Shown one piece after another: positions 34,568 through 47,460 of a stretch of DNA of 64,000 nt. The stretch is taken from positions 124,001 to 188,000 of the forward strand of contig NIVC01001407.1 of assembly GCA_002269645.1 (NCBI GenBank), read 5' to 3'. This DNA is from Macrostomum lignano (Eukaryota). Made by a program: the position numbers and the translations under genes. The notes under the pieces were generated by a model. That model had not been told where the DNA came from. It did no database searches and saw nothing but the letters and a program-made list of their open reading frames with translations. How positions within the stretch are numbered: position 1 is the first letter of the stretch; each line of letters begins with the position of its first letter.

Positions 34568-36591
34568 TCACAAATGGCGACTGTTGTAACACCGCACAGC
34601 TGCCAGGAGCCTTTCAGCGAAGAGAGGATGCGTGCTTGCCACCTTGTATCTCTCCCAATGCAGGAGGAAGTCTCTGTGCATCGACTCCGTGCATTGTTCG
34701 CTCCATGGCCCCAGGCCTGTTTTGTCCTGGGCGCGGCAGAAGTCACCGACGTGGTGGAAAATCGCGTGGATTTTTGGACTGATGGAAATGCCGAGATTGG
34801 CATAACTGGTGCGAAATTCCTGAATCGCCTGCTCGAAATTGGGACGCAGCTCACTCCCGAAGCATGACACCACGACCGAGTTCAACGCTCGAAGGGCGGC
34901 AACAAACGGCAGCGCTGCCATCGGGCACATCGCTTCTAGCAGGTCCACGTTGCGCAGCAACTTGCGGCTCGCATTGCCAGTGAAGCTGCCACCGTGATGC
35001 TTGTCACGTTGGACATTGCAAGCTGTAAGCCAAGCTTCGCTCTCGGCCACACACCATGCAGACCCTTGTACAGCACATGGACCGCACCGGTCAGCAGGTG
35101 CAGCTCCGGCGGAGGGACAATGTGCAACACCGGGACTTCAACTCCAGCGGAAAAGATGCTGGGCTGGACGACGTTATCGAAGTGCTTAGCTAGTTGGCGT
35201 TCACCACCAGCAGCCAGGTAGGCCTGGTATTTCTCACTGAGGCTGCCAAAGGTCCTTGGCTCGCCGCAGCTGTCAAGGCTCCCTTTATTGACGTTGCACC
35301 AGGTGCAGGGATGCGAGCTGCTGTGGGCCATCAAGCCGAGCAGGATGTTGGCAAGCTTCAGGTCGCACGCGATGCTGATGTTCGCCGACAGAAGCTGCAG
35401 GCGGCAGCTCTCCCAGAGACACTCCAGGTTCCTGTGGTTCTCCTGCGTGTTGGGAGCGATGCCAAGTATGACGGCCCGATGCACGCCAGTGTCGAGGAAT
35501 CGGCGATCAGCCCCCTTCTGCTGCTCCTCACCAGCACACACGCACAGGTCAAAAACGGATATCGAGAGCTTCAAGAACCCACCTCCACCATCGATTCCAA
35601 TTCTGACGACTGTGGAAGCAACATCCATCAGCCGGCGGTTTGCAATCATGCGGCCCAGGAGCTCGACCACATCAGTGCAGACAACGGCCCACTGCTCAGC
35701 TGGAGTCTGCCTTCCCCTCTTTTCTCGGATAAACGCCAGCTGCTTTGCTTGGAAGAGGTCATCCAGTTCGTGATCCATCTCCCTCAATGTCTGCCGGATG
35801 TTGCTCTGGACAGCTGAGGCGCCAATCGAAGACCGAAGATTTCGAAGTACAACCTCCGTTTTGCGCGAACTGAGGCCCAGCTCACCTTGCAGATGACGCA
35901 TATTATCCGCCGTGAAGACCGCTGTTGGCTTCGGAGGCGGCGGATTCACGGCCAGCCTCATTGAGGGTCCAGCGTTGGATGCCAGCACGGTGATGCCCGA
36001 GGCTGTGTCCCCGGAGCCTGAAGTAATAAGTTTCTGCCGCACAATTGTTGTGGCGAGCCGCTCTGGGAATTCCGGGGACGCTTCCTGCAACAGGGCATGC
36101 GCATTCTGCAGTCTTGTGGGTCTGTTGCATGTGTGCGGCTTGCCCCTGCCAATAGGACTGATGCAGAAGGAGCAGACCTTGACCATTTCGGGCTTGGGCG
36201 TTGTAGCCTCGTCCGCCGTCAAACTCGGCCGCCCAACAGACCGCTTTGGGACGTTGGCTTCTGGAGGATGGACTCTGCATCTGGCAGTGCTGCAGATCTT
36301 ACAGTCGCATCCATCTTGGCCCACTGATCGGGTCACCGGCAGTGGCTGCACGTCCCTGAAGTCATACATCGGTGGCACATCAGCCCGTTGGCCCTTCTCC
36401 AGCTGCTGCAGAGCGAATCTGCACGTGCCACAAACTGCCTTAGGAACGCGATTATCGTGCAGATCGTAGAGCCAGCCACTGTGCCGATTGATGATGGCCA
36501 GCATCCAGGGCGTAACAGATCGCAACTCTTTTGCCTTCGAAAAGCACAAAATGCAGATCCGATTGAGGCAATCTTCGTGTGACAGTGGCAT
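34568..36591 (-). pseudogene. Chapaev transposase with a single frameshift near 35045
   Basis: ORF 34936-36609 (SHEDCLNRICILC, VPKAVCGTC, GIDGGG, ACDLKLANI, PPELH) continues in another frame as ORF 34568-35050 (HGGSFTG, SPKIH, SEQCTESMH), collinear with Chapaev-1. Confidence 0.88.
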
Positions 36592-36983
36592 GACAAAAAC
36601 TGTGTACACGCAAGCACAATCGTTGCAACTAAATGTTTGGATGAAACACCTTTAGACAGAGTTGGACAACAAAACCTCTTCAAACGGGACCTCCTTACGT
36701 TTGAGGTTTGACGTTTATATTGATGAAAAACATAAATGAGCACGATGGCATTACAAGACTGAGGGTGGTTCGGCGAGTGCTTGGTGCAAAGAGCACACAC
36801 CAATGTACAATATCATACTTTGTATGTACAGCTCAGGAAGAGAGAGAGCAAGCCACAGCGTACGAGTGCTTACCTACGTATGTAGAATGGTGGAGGGATT
36901 GGCTGAGGGTAAAGCTTTGGGTCTGGGCGGGCTGGGTGGATCTGAACCAGTGACTCATCCAAACAGGGTGAGTACGAGTATAA

Positions 36984-37114
36984 AGGCTCATTCACAACGC
37001 CATCAAACAAGCAACCATACTCACATGACTTACGTACAAAGGGATGAAAAACTATGCACATGTCGTGTGATCACTTGAAATTTGGTCTCGTTTGATGGCG
37101 GTGTGAATGGGCCT
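36984..37114. mobile_element. PIF/Harbinger-type MITE (131 bp) inside Chapaev-2
   Basis: TIRs AGGCTCATTCACAACGCCATCAAAC / GTTTGATGGCGGTGTGAATGGGCCT; TAA TSD on both sides. Confidence 0.75.
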
Positions 37115-40100
37115 TAAGACTCTCTTGTGGTAGGCCCATCCAAGTCAAATGTGTAGCTTTTAGGCATCAACCAATCATTGATGAATATATCAGTAACATG
37201 TTTTTTAATGCTTGCCTTTGATCCTGGACTAATCGAATTGATTTCTAAACAGTACGGTGATACTTTGCTTTTTTATTAATTCGTCTATGGTAAAAACTGA
37301 AAATAGCACTTTTTGAGCTAAAACGAACAACTACGATTTTTATTTTTTCTTCAAAGGAATCCTTACTAATTCGAGTATCGATTGTGACAAATAACTTTTC
37401 CGGTGAATTTTTTAAGCAATTTTCCAACTATGGTAGCACCGTGCACCTAAACAATTAGTATTCTAGACCTATAGAACTTAATGTTCTGGTAGTAACTTCA
37501 AGCTTTAACAAAAATTTATCCATTCTAGGATTGATTAATAGACTATTTTGCAAAGGCATTTGAGTCCCTTTACCTTATTAAGGACTTAGACTCAAAATCA
37601 AATTTGGAAGATATTGTTTTGCTGCTGCTATGTCCCGTGGTCAGAAGAAGGAGCAAAGCATAAAGATAAATAGTAGACATGTTGAACTCAATGCTGGACT
37701 TCGCTAATGGAATCTAACCTAGAGCTCAAGTTAATGCCAAGAGGCTACAACAAAGTGCATGACTATTTTTCTAGTTTTAACTTAACTAAAACAAAGGAAA
37801 TAATGTATATGTCAATCATCTCTGTTGCATTGACCTATGGCTTGCCAGAATTGACCATTGATATGCTATTAAAGCTTTTAACTACACTCAATGTGAATGT
37901 TGTCACTATTCCCTTTTTGCTATCTTGCATTAAAACAAATATAGTGCAAACATCTATGAACTAGTTGTTCAGGAACATGGCTGCATTGCTAAAAGAAAGG
38001 CAAACAAAAATTGTGCATTCTAACTTGTTTCTTATTCAATCATTGCATAATGCAGGCTAATAATTTGCTAATCACATTTTTCTTTTATTAGGTATTTAAA
38101 AAATTCAATATTTGATAAAGTTTGAATTTGCTTTAGTCAGGGTACTATTTTGCTAAAGACAAAAACGTATTCTAAATTGGCTCTAGCATTAGCACTCTGG
38201 TAATTTCTATTATTGCATTGGTAACTTGTACAATTACCTCTAGCAAATATTATAACCATTAAATATATGAACATTCATATTCAAAGAACACTGTATATAC
38301 ATTCTACTAATTGCCATAGTTTTTTATGTCTTATATTAGTATAGTCATTTTTGCTACTTTGGTTACAGTAAAGTCCTTAAATTATTAAACAATGAAAATG
38401 CAATTAAGATTAGTACTAGCATTCTGCTAGTAACTTCTTTTTATCCAACAATTAGTAAAATATAATTGTGGTAAGCGAGCTCTCCCCAAGATTCTTGTGG
38501 CAGGCAGGTTGCTATTAAGAAGACTTGATCTGGCATGAATTTTTTTTCAATTTTACTAGGCCATTGCTTGGCAGTTTGACATCAAATTTTCCTATGCTTG
38601 GCCTAATTTCTTGTCCCTACATTGGATCTCCATTTTCCATTCACTGGTCCCTTGTGTCCCTCCTTTGGTTTTTGTTAATTTTTTATTACTTATCTGGTGT
38701 TTTTGTAATTGCCTATATCTGTATAATTTGCACCCACTCTGGTGCCCAACATCTGCCCCTTTGTATGGACCACCTGTTAAAGACTATTTACTCATAACCT
38801 AACAATTTTGCTTGCTCAGAATAAAGCACATGCTTGCTCTCTCACACACATCTCTCTCTTTTCCCTTTAACTTCTCCCTTTAACTTTTTTTCTGTATTTG
38901 GCTTTTCTTTAACTTAGCTAATTTTGTCTTTTGCTTCATAGCACTCTAATAAGAAAACCACTAGTAACTTGCTTTTAAGTTAGTTTACTAGATATTTATG
39001 TAGCCTTGTGCCTCAGTGTTGGCGGATCCATTTTGTTATCAATTTAGTAAAATAATATCTTGCTAACCAATTAATTAATAATAAGAAACCTTGTGCTGAC
39101 AATATTTATTTGTTGATCAATAAAAGCCCATATAGCATTATCTGGAGTCATTTTTTCATGGGGTTTAAAACAACCAAATTGTTCTCATCTCTATGTAAGT
39201 TCTAAGGAAATAATATTATGTAATACATAAATTATGTTAATGGCAGCCTATGCAACTCTACTTTTAGTAAGCAACTAAGCAAATCAATTTAAAACAATTT
39301 AGAATGTCTAAAAACTCTGGTATTTACCAATTTGAATAACCATGCCTATTAATGACCACTTGACTACAATTATAATTACCTTCTAGAACTAAGGACCTGG
39401 CCAATGGAATACCAAGGAGAAAATAATTTGAGATTTGACTGGATGATTTTCTGGCTTATTTTGTACAAACTTGATGCCAATGGCAATTCAAATTCACTAA
39501 ACCACCTAACTAGGCCCTACCAAATAATTTCTTTCTCTACCCCCACCACAGTTCTCACTAAGTAAAAATGTTTCCCACTAACTGTAGAGCTATTTCCCCT
39601 ACTCAGATTGCTCAACAAATGAAATCACTGATGTCATTTCCCTACATAGAAATGCCTTCTTTCCTTCTTGGTGTTTTTTTGGCTTCCACTTCTTATAATA
39701 TTTTTGTCATTGTATTTGAATAGGGTGACACCTGGTATTAGTTGTACCCACCTAGTGCACCTGCTTTTTTACTTTACTTATAACCCTTTCTCTTATCTGG
39801 AAAAAACTTTTTCTTTCTTAGTGGTTCATAAGAGCCTTTTTAAGAGTCTGCATCCCTTTACCTGGCTAGACTCTCATTTTGGACCCCCATCCAAACTTCA
39901 ATTTGAAGCCCAGTCCCAGATTGCAAAAAGATACAAGGGTACCCTAAGTGTAAGCCTAGTTGATCCCCAATCCAACCAGTTCCTCTCTTAACCCACCAAC
40001 TAAATAACTCTCTTTATCAATAATAATTAATCGATGCTTGAAGTTAATCATTTAGTAACAATAATAATATTCAGCATTTTGCTAACTAATCTATAAGCCA

Positions 40101-40300
40101 ATTAATTTGTGTGTTAAATGGTGTCTTAGCCTTTGTGACCTCAGAAGCATTCATTTGACCCTCTGTGGTCTAATTTTTAAAGTTAAAGAAGATTTGAGTA
40201 AATTTAAGCTTTAGTGCTTCTATATCCACATATTATTACGATGGTGTTAGCAAACTACTACTTTTAATACAACACTTAGAAATCTTAGTCTATTTTAAGC

Positions 40301-41554
40301 TAGTGATGGATCCAAATATTTGGATTCAGAATCCGAATCCGAAAAAAAGTCTTACTTTTATAGGAATCTGAATGTTTCAGATTTGTAATTTTTTTTTCCA
40401 AATATTTCCAAATGTGCTTCTAAAATTCAAATCTAAAATAAATATTACAAATCAAGAAACCAAAGCATGCAACCCATTAAATAAAGAAACTAAAAACTAA
40501 AAAGAAAGAAAATTAAAAGGCAAAGAGCAAAATCTATCACGTTATTCTTTTTTTCTACGATTGTCTATTTTTGCAGCAATACATCTTTAAAAAAAGTTAA
40601 ATAAGTAAATTTACTAAACCTAGGGACCTGTAAGACAATAAACCTAAAGTTACGGAAATATTTCAGTAATTATTGTTTAAGTGTAATAACAGGTTTTTCC
40701 AAAATGCAAAATTGCAACTGCATGGACATGGGCTGTACGTACGTATGTACGGTAAAATTATCATAATTGCACTGTATATATATGTCACTCATTAGCTATA
40801 GTCAGTAGTACTAGAATTAGAATTTGAGCTGTAATTAGAATTTGTTTTGAATTTAGATTAGATTAGACCTAGGTCCTAGATATATAAGAGTTAGTTATGG
40901 CTTTTCGACTCTCTCGCACGAAGTCATCCATCCATGTTTTTTACTATCTCCGAGGATCAACTTTCTGCAACATGCAAATCATGTAAAAAAGTAATCTCAA
41001 GAGGCACTATTGTAGCAAAAGCTACAAATAGTGGTATGATAGCTCATATCAAGTCTCAGCATCCAGAGCTTGAAAATGAGCGTCAGAATATGGAAAGTTT
41101 GCAAAACTCTGAAGATGGTTTTCTTTCTAGTTCTAATTCTAATTCTAATAAACCTGCTGCTATTGCTACTATCCAGTGCCAAGAAGTTATAAAAAAAGTT
41201 ATATTTCTAATAAAAACGTAAGCAGAAATCCACAACTGTTGGAACAGGTTTCAACAAAATCACTTTTGTGAAAAAATGGTCCTGAATTCACGATTGTGAT
41301 CATATCCGACCCCTAAGATAAAATTACGAGTACGAATATAAGCCCAGGAGAGATGGAATCTTGTCAGTCAATTTATGTGCGCACTAATTAGATGACGAGA
41401 CATTTTCGTAAATTAAAAGAGTCATAGTTACTCCTGCCGTTTACCTTACACTTTTTGCTTACATTCGGAAACATTTGGATTCAGATTCGGATTTTTTTTG
41501 TACATTTGGATTCAGTTTGGAAACTTGCAAAAATCCACATTCAGTCCATCACTA
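40301..41554. mobile_element. hAT internal-deletion derivative (1,254 bp)
   Basis: TAGTGATGGA...TCCATCACTA termini; 8-bp TSD TTTTAAGC; ATCCGA subterminal repeats. Confidence 0.85.
40897..41221 (+). pseudogene. Truncated hAT transposase N-terminus (BED zinc finger)
   Basis: FFTISEDQLSATCKSCKKVISRG..TNSGMIAHIKSQHP; the upstream ATG (40897) is out of frame; no catalytic domain follows. Confidence 0.75.
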
Positions 41555-42509
41555 TTTTAAGCTTTCCATATTGACATTAGCTATATTTCTGCATTTAGCA
41601 TTTTGAAAGATAGCAATAACTAGATTTCTCAACCACAACCACAGCTACCCTCCCCCTAAGCCTAAAGACCTTAGCAGCTAGAGCTTCCTTTATTTTGCAT
41701 CCTGCAGCTTGATTAAGTTTGTTTGAACTGCTAAGAACAATACTGATTAGAGCTATTAGAAATAAAAATTTGGACTGAGACAAGATTCAAGACAAGAAAA
41801 GTCTAAAGTCAAGAAATTTTGAGACAAGACGAGATAAGATTAAAAAATATATTTGAAAAATGTAATTTATCTCATCATAACAAATACACCATAGGATCAG
41901 CAGATCCTTTAAGTCTGCTGCTGAATCACCTTGTTGTGGGACTGAAACAATAACAAAAATGTATACAAGTTTATGTGTTAGCATTTATAAATTATAGCCA
42001 TGTTTGCATTTATTACAATGATATAAAACTGCTCAACAAACCCAACGCTAACCTATCACAGAACTTATCCATTTCAAAATCTTCTTGCTGAAATATTCAA
42101 ACAAAAATTTCAGTTTTTGCAATCCAAAAAATTCTTCATTTTTTAAATGAAAATCTTGTCTCAAAATTTTCCAAAAGTTGAGATTTCTTGAGATAAGAAA
42201 AAATGTCAAGATCTTGTCTCAAATCTTGTTTTGTTGAGATCTTGCAACATTTCTAGTACCAATTTGAATGGCTTAAAACTCAAAGTTCTTACATAATCAC
42301 TAAGAAGCCACAAGCTCAAACCTCCTATCCTTATAATCTTTTAAAATTAAAATATTCTTAAATTTCCTAATTATTGCTCAACAAAGATTGGAAATTATAT
42401 ATACTATCATTTATAAAGCATCTTGGTGATATAGGGGCCTAGGCCTATATAATATACAATCACAATATAATAACTATCTAGGCCTATTGGATTTGGATAT
42501 ATCATCAAT

Positions 42510-43101
42510 CCCTATTGGAATAAATGTTAAAAACCCGCGGACGCGCGCTTTAGAAAAGAGTCAAACTATTTTACCGCGCTTTAGGATTATTAGAGATGTT
42601 CCAAAAGATCTGCAGTTTCGTCGAAATCAAAATTCGCTAACTTTCCAAAATCAAAATTGAAATTTCCCGAAATCATAATTCAGAAAAACAAAGTTTAGTA
42701 TGATCAACACTCACTTTTTTACTTTCAATTTACTGCTTAAGCAAAAAGTAATACATGTATATGTAGTAGAAAGTAGTTTATTTTTAGCGACTTTTTAGAC
42801 ACTACCAAAATTTTCACTTCTAAATTTTATTTCGAAATTGAAATTCGCTCTAAAAAATTTCAAATTTTGGAAAATTGAAATTGTATTTTCGGAACATCTC
42901 TAAGCTTAATAAATTACGAGTGTATAAGCCCCTTCAACAGAGGTATTATACCCATTTCCATGTATATGTATTTGCTAGAGCAGCAGCCAGTAAGAAAGGG
43001 CAGCGCGCGCAGGCGCTGCGCCTGTGCGCGCGCTGCGCTTTAGAAAAATTTCAAAAGTGCGCCGGACACTGTCCGCGGTTTTACAACTTTTTCCTATAGG
43101 G
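42510..43101. mobile_element. Non-autonomous TIR element (592 bp) with CCCTAT termini and an 8-bp TSD
   Basis: CCCTATTGGAATAAATGTTAAAAACCCGCGGAC versus reverse-complemented right end CCCTATAGGAAAAAGTTGTAAAACCGCGGAC; TSD TCATCAAT. Confidence 0.8.
42591..42902. mobile_element. Nested hAT-like MITE (TAGAGATGTTCC termini)
   Basis: 12-bp perfect TIR; TSD degenerate (AGGATTAT / AGCTTAAT). Confidence 0.55.
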
Positions 43102-43892
43102 TCATCAATCAGTAAGCTAGATCAATTTAGATCTTGATAACTATCACAAATTGCATTTTTACAATTTTAGGCTTAGCAATATATACTGGGCCTAAAGCCT
43201 GTGAATTTTTTCTTTGTTATAGGGCCTACCCCCTTGCCTTGGCTTAGTGTCAGCGGAACAATTTAAAAAAACATTTTAGGCCCCTATACCTTGCCTTTCT
43301 TATATGGGGTATAGCTCAACTACAGTGAGATATTCCAAAAAGATCTCCAAAAAAACTCCTATGCAAATTGTACATCTAATTCTAATATCACTTAAATGCC
43401 TAAAAATCATAAACAATGGCATAACTCAACTCAATCATTTTATGACTAGCTTAAATATTATCATTTGTTATTTGTTTTGCTAGCAATAGGCTAAGTCCTG
43501 GCTTAAACTGCCTAGCCTCAGAAATACTTTGTCTTTCAAGACTAGTATAATACTATACTACAAAATTACAAATATTATACTATGGCAATCTTCTCGAATT
43601 ATTTTGCCCTCTATTCAAGGGGATCCTAGTCATTTCGTCAACTGCCATTTCGTCAACTGGACACATCGTCAACCTGTTCCCCATATTGGTCGTTTCGTCA
43701 ACCAACCAATAGGATACTTTCAAAGCTTGGTTATTTCGTCAACTGTTCAATGGGACGATGTCAACTTTTGGTCACTTCGTCAACTGCCAATAATACACGC
43801 CCCGCATGCAGCCCTGGGGAAAAACTGGGGAACGTGGCCAAGGCGCGAGCACCGGAGCAGGAATGCACGGATTGACAACTCACCAGTGCGGT

Positions 43893-46800
43893 CCCAGTAA
43901 AAAAGGGTAGTCGGAAATCGATTGGAATCTGATCGGAATTTAATCGGCAGTCGGAATTTGCCGGAAAAGGTTTAAACCACAATATTTTGTTTTATATAAC
44001 ACGTTACTATGATAATAAGCATAAAGTAATACAAGAAAATGTTTTTCGAGCTATATTTGCGCAATCGGAAATTAGTCGGAAACCATCTGTTGTTCTTCCG
44101 ATCGGAATTTGTACTCATTTTTCTTCCTACTTTCCGATACAGCCATATTCATAACGCATGTGCTGTACTAAACGTGTTTTCTTGCTTTTATGTATTGCCA
44201 GAATGTGCAGAATATACCTTTATGATACAAAAAATTACTACAATAATTCAGTTTTTGTTTTGATGCCACAAAAAAAATGCTGGCCATCCAATTTATATCG
44301 AAAGTATTTAAAAAGCGATTTATTTTTTACCTTCCCCTCTTTATAACCTTTTCGTTATATTTTTGCTTATAGCGTCTTTCCACTGGCACTGGCAAAAAAT
44401 ATTACTAAATGGTTATTAAAAACCTACTTAATGCCTAACCACTATCTTATTAATTATTGCTAATTGCAATACTCCTATTGCAATTCCTACTTTACTAGGG
44501 CCTAGGCCTAGCCTATTTTGCTACACATTTTTCTCAAGATTGTCTTTAAAGCAGTATTTTCATTTAACTACAACTACAACTTATACCTTGTTTTTCTTAT
44601 ATATGAAATTAATACTACCTAGTTTTAGGCTTTTAGTCATTGAATCTAAAAATATAGGGCCTTGGCCAGGCCCTAGTTAAACTTACTTTAGACATTTAAG
44701 TGTGTCTTATTAGGTTTACTCAATACCTACCTAACAATCAATAGACATTTGTTTAGGCTAAGGCATTTAAGCAAAGTAATTGAATAATGTCTATAGTTTA
44801 CAATTGTATATTATAATTTGCTTTTAGATAAGACTTTCTTTTTAGTATTATAATGAAGAATTATTAACTTATTATTTATAGACTAGGCCTAGTAAGTAAA
44901 TAATATAGGCCACATGTCAATAGCTATTTACACTTGCTTATAAAACATTTCTATGCTTAGAACTCTAGAACTCTAATTAAACTAAGACTCTGGAATGTTA
45001 TGTATGTCAGAAAATTTGGATATGCAAATGTCAAATGACTCATTTTAAAGTTGGCATACAAACTTTGGTATACAAATTCACATCCATTTTTGGCCTACAA
45101 CTTTTGGTGAATAAATTTATGTTGAGCATGAAAATTTCAATGTAAATTAATGCTTTTATGTAAAATAAAGAAATATTTGTATACTCAAGAAATTAATAAT
45201 AAACTTTCTACTTCTTTATAATTAAAATGATTTAGAGTAGTAAAATTATTATTAAAATGTAAATGTTGCATCATTATTTTTATAGGTACAATTAAGTTTG
45301 TCTAAAATGAAAATATTTATAATATTTTAAAGAATACTTTTCATACAAAAACCTTTCTTAGGAAACTCAACTTGTGAAAACCAAATGACCTTTTTAGGAG
45401 GCTTTTTTAGTTTACATTTTAAGGATTTTTTTGTTTTTGGCATACACTGGCATACATTTAGCTAAGATAAGATTCTTGTTATAGCATACACTATTACACA
45501 ATCCAGACCCTAGCTAAGACTTAGAATAATTTGGTCTTTTAATTTTGCCTTTAGAAATATTAAGATTTAGTATATTTAGATAAATAAAGTACTATATATC
45601 TCAATGTCAAATGAAAGTTCAAATAGACAACAGGTCAATAAGATAAAAAATACTCAGGACATTATATCCTTAGAATACATTATTTATAATAGTAAATATG
45701 ATTGTACATTTTGATTATGCTAGTATTAATTTTTTATTGTTTATATTATTTCTCTTAGTTATCATAGGGCACTGTTAGACTAAGACTAGGCCCCTAGTTC
45801 TAGCTTTACTAAGCATGCTATAGCTTGTATTATTATCTTATCAATGGCTTCTACTTCTATTTCAGACACTGCTGGTCTAGATGTGGTGCATTAGTGCAAA
45901 GGTGCCACAGTCTGTTTGCTACATAATGGATGGGATCTCTAGGTTCAGTTCAAGACTGGGGAAAAGGATCCTGGAAGAGCTGACTAGGCCTAGCTAACAA
46001 GGATCAAAGGTCAAATTGTCTTTGAATATGTACAAGCATACTTTGGCGAGATCTTCAAGGGTATGTGTTCTTTGTGTTTTTATTCTTATAGTATATTCCA
46101 ATTGCTTTTATACCAGTTTTAAAGATTGCAAATGTTAAGTTTTTTCTTGCCTTGCCTGAAGACAACTATTCTCCTTATTTTTTATTTCCAAATCTTTCTA
46201 ATGACAGTGAAGGTGCCCAACTGGTCTGCTGATCATGCCATTAACTCTCTAAATTACTCAATGCAGGACCATATCCTCCGAGTTCTCTGGATTGCATCAA
46301 AGGCCATTTAGAGCTTCTGCGATGGCGTCTGAAAGTGCAAGAGCTCCAGACCAACATTTGTGGAGTGTCAGTGGGGAAGCAATTGCGACAATGAAGCGCC
46401 TCTGCCGCCACCTGTGATGACAAACCATTTGCTGACTCTGGCTGTAAGTTCGCTGACTGATAATGCAGCCGTTTGGTTCACAACATTTATCTAGCTAGCT
46501 AGCTTTTTGCATTCATGTGTTGTTCATCAATCATATTATTGTATTATTCTGCATTTGTTTTCTGTATCTTATTATTTGTTTTCGGCACTCATTTTCTGCA
46601 TATATTGCATTATTATTATGCTCTTTCTTGATGTTTCCTTGCATCCACGTGTAATACAGTTACTCTCTTGACGTGTTGTGCAGAAATTGCTTACTGTAAT
46701 CTTTATAATTGCATAATATACAATGCATTGAGTAAATTAAATAGCCAATCATTATTGTGCTTCACTCTTCAAGCAGAATAATATTTTAAATAATGTATTA

Positions 46801-47024
46801 TTTTGCTAAGCACTTTGAAAACCGATTTGTTTATTTTTTACGCAAGCTAGCCGATGCAAAAGCAAATTCTGAAAAATACAACCTAATCGTAATTTAGTCG
46901 GATATTAGCGTCACATTCCGATCGGAAAACTCCGACTAGAAAACGACCGGATTGCACGAGCCACTTTGCTGACAAATTCCGACCGGACATTCCGATCGGA
47001 TTCCGACTACCCTTTTTTACTGGG
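43893..47024. mobile_element. CACTA/EnSpm-like (CCCAG-type) non-autonomous element, 3,132 bp
   Basis: TIR CCCAGTAAAAAAGGGTAGTCGGA / TCCGACTACCCTTTTTTACTGGG; 2-bp TSD GT; ATCGGA subterminal repeats. Superfamily inferred from termini and TSD only. Confidence 0.7.
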
Positions 47025-47258
47025 GTACTGCGGTGCTGGTCTTGTCTGACAAGTGGCACACGACCATTCAAACACATCCTGCCGCATAAGCTGCCTGTAC
47101 TCTGCTTGTGAGATTCTAGTCCTGCCTATACCTACAAGAACTGCCTACCTGCCTACCCCTCCCCTCCGACACCACCCACGTTTTGATTGAAACCAAGACC
47201 AAGATAGGGCGCACAAGCTAGGGCGCACATTGATAGCTTGGGGGGGGGGGGGGGGAGT

Positions 47259-47460
47259 GGGTGCGAAGATGGATTGAGAGAACAGGTGTCAACGCAAGGG
47301 GCGCTGGTTCAAGTTACAGAGACAGGGCACGTTGTCAGTTTGGGGGATGGGTGCGAATATGGATTGAGAGAACAGGTGTCAGCGCAAGGGGCCCTGGTTC
47401 AAGTTACAGAGATAGGGCACGTTGTCAGTTGGGGGTGGGTGCGAAGATAGATTGAGAGAA
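47259..47460. repeat. ~90-bp tandem repeat, ~2.3 copies
   Basis: GGGTGCGAA..GATTGAGAGAA recurs at ~47259, ~47349, ~47438. Confidence 0.8.

Larger units (their letters stand above)
33831..37443. mobile_element. Chapaev DNA transposon 2 (3,613 bp), a different family
   Basis: Termini CACGGTG...CACCGTG; imperfect ~160-bp TIRs; 4-bp TSD CACC (33827-33830, 37444-37447). Confidence 0.9.

Noticed and set aside
37700-39660. Possible decayed LINE RT traces (FNLTKTKEIM..VALTYG on plus; LPLASSLYKI on minus)
   Set aside because: Isolated weak motif resemblances on opposite strands with many stops and no YADD; needs tblastn or an HMM search.
41770-42257. GAGACAAG-rich inverted segments as another hAT-like element
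   Set aside because: Left terminus and TSD could not be identified.
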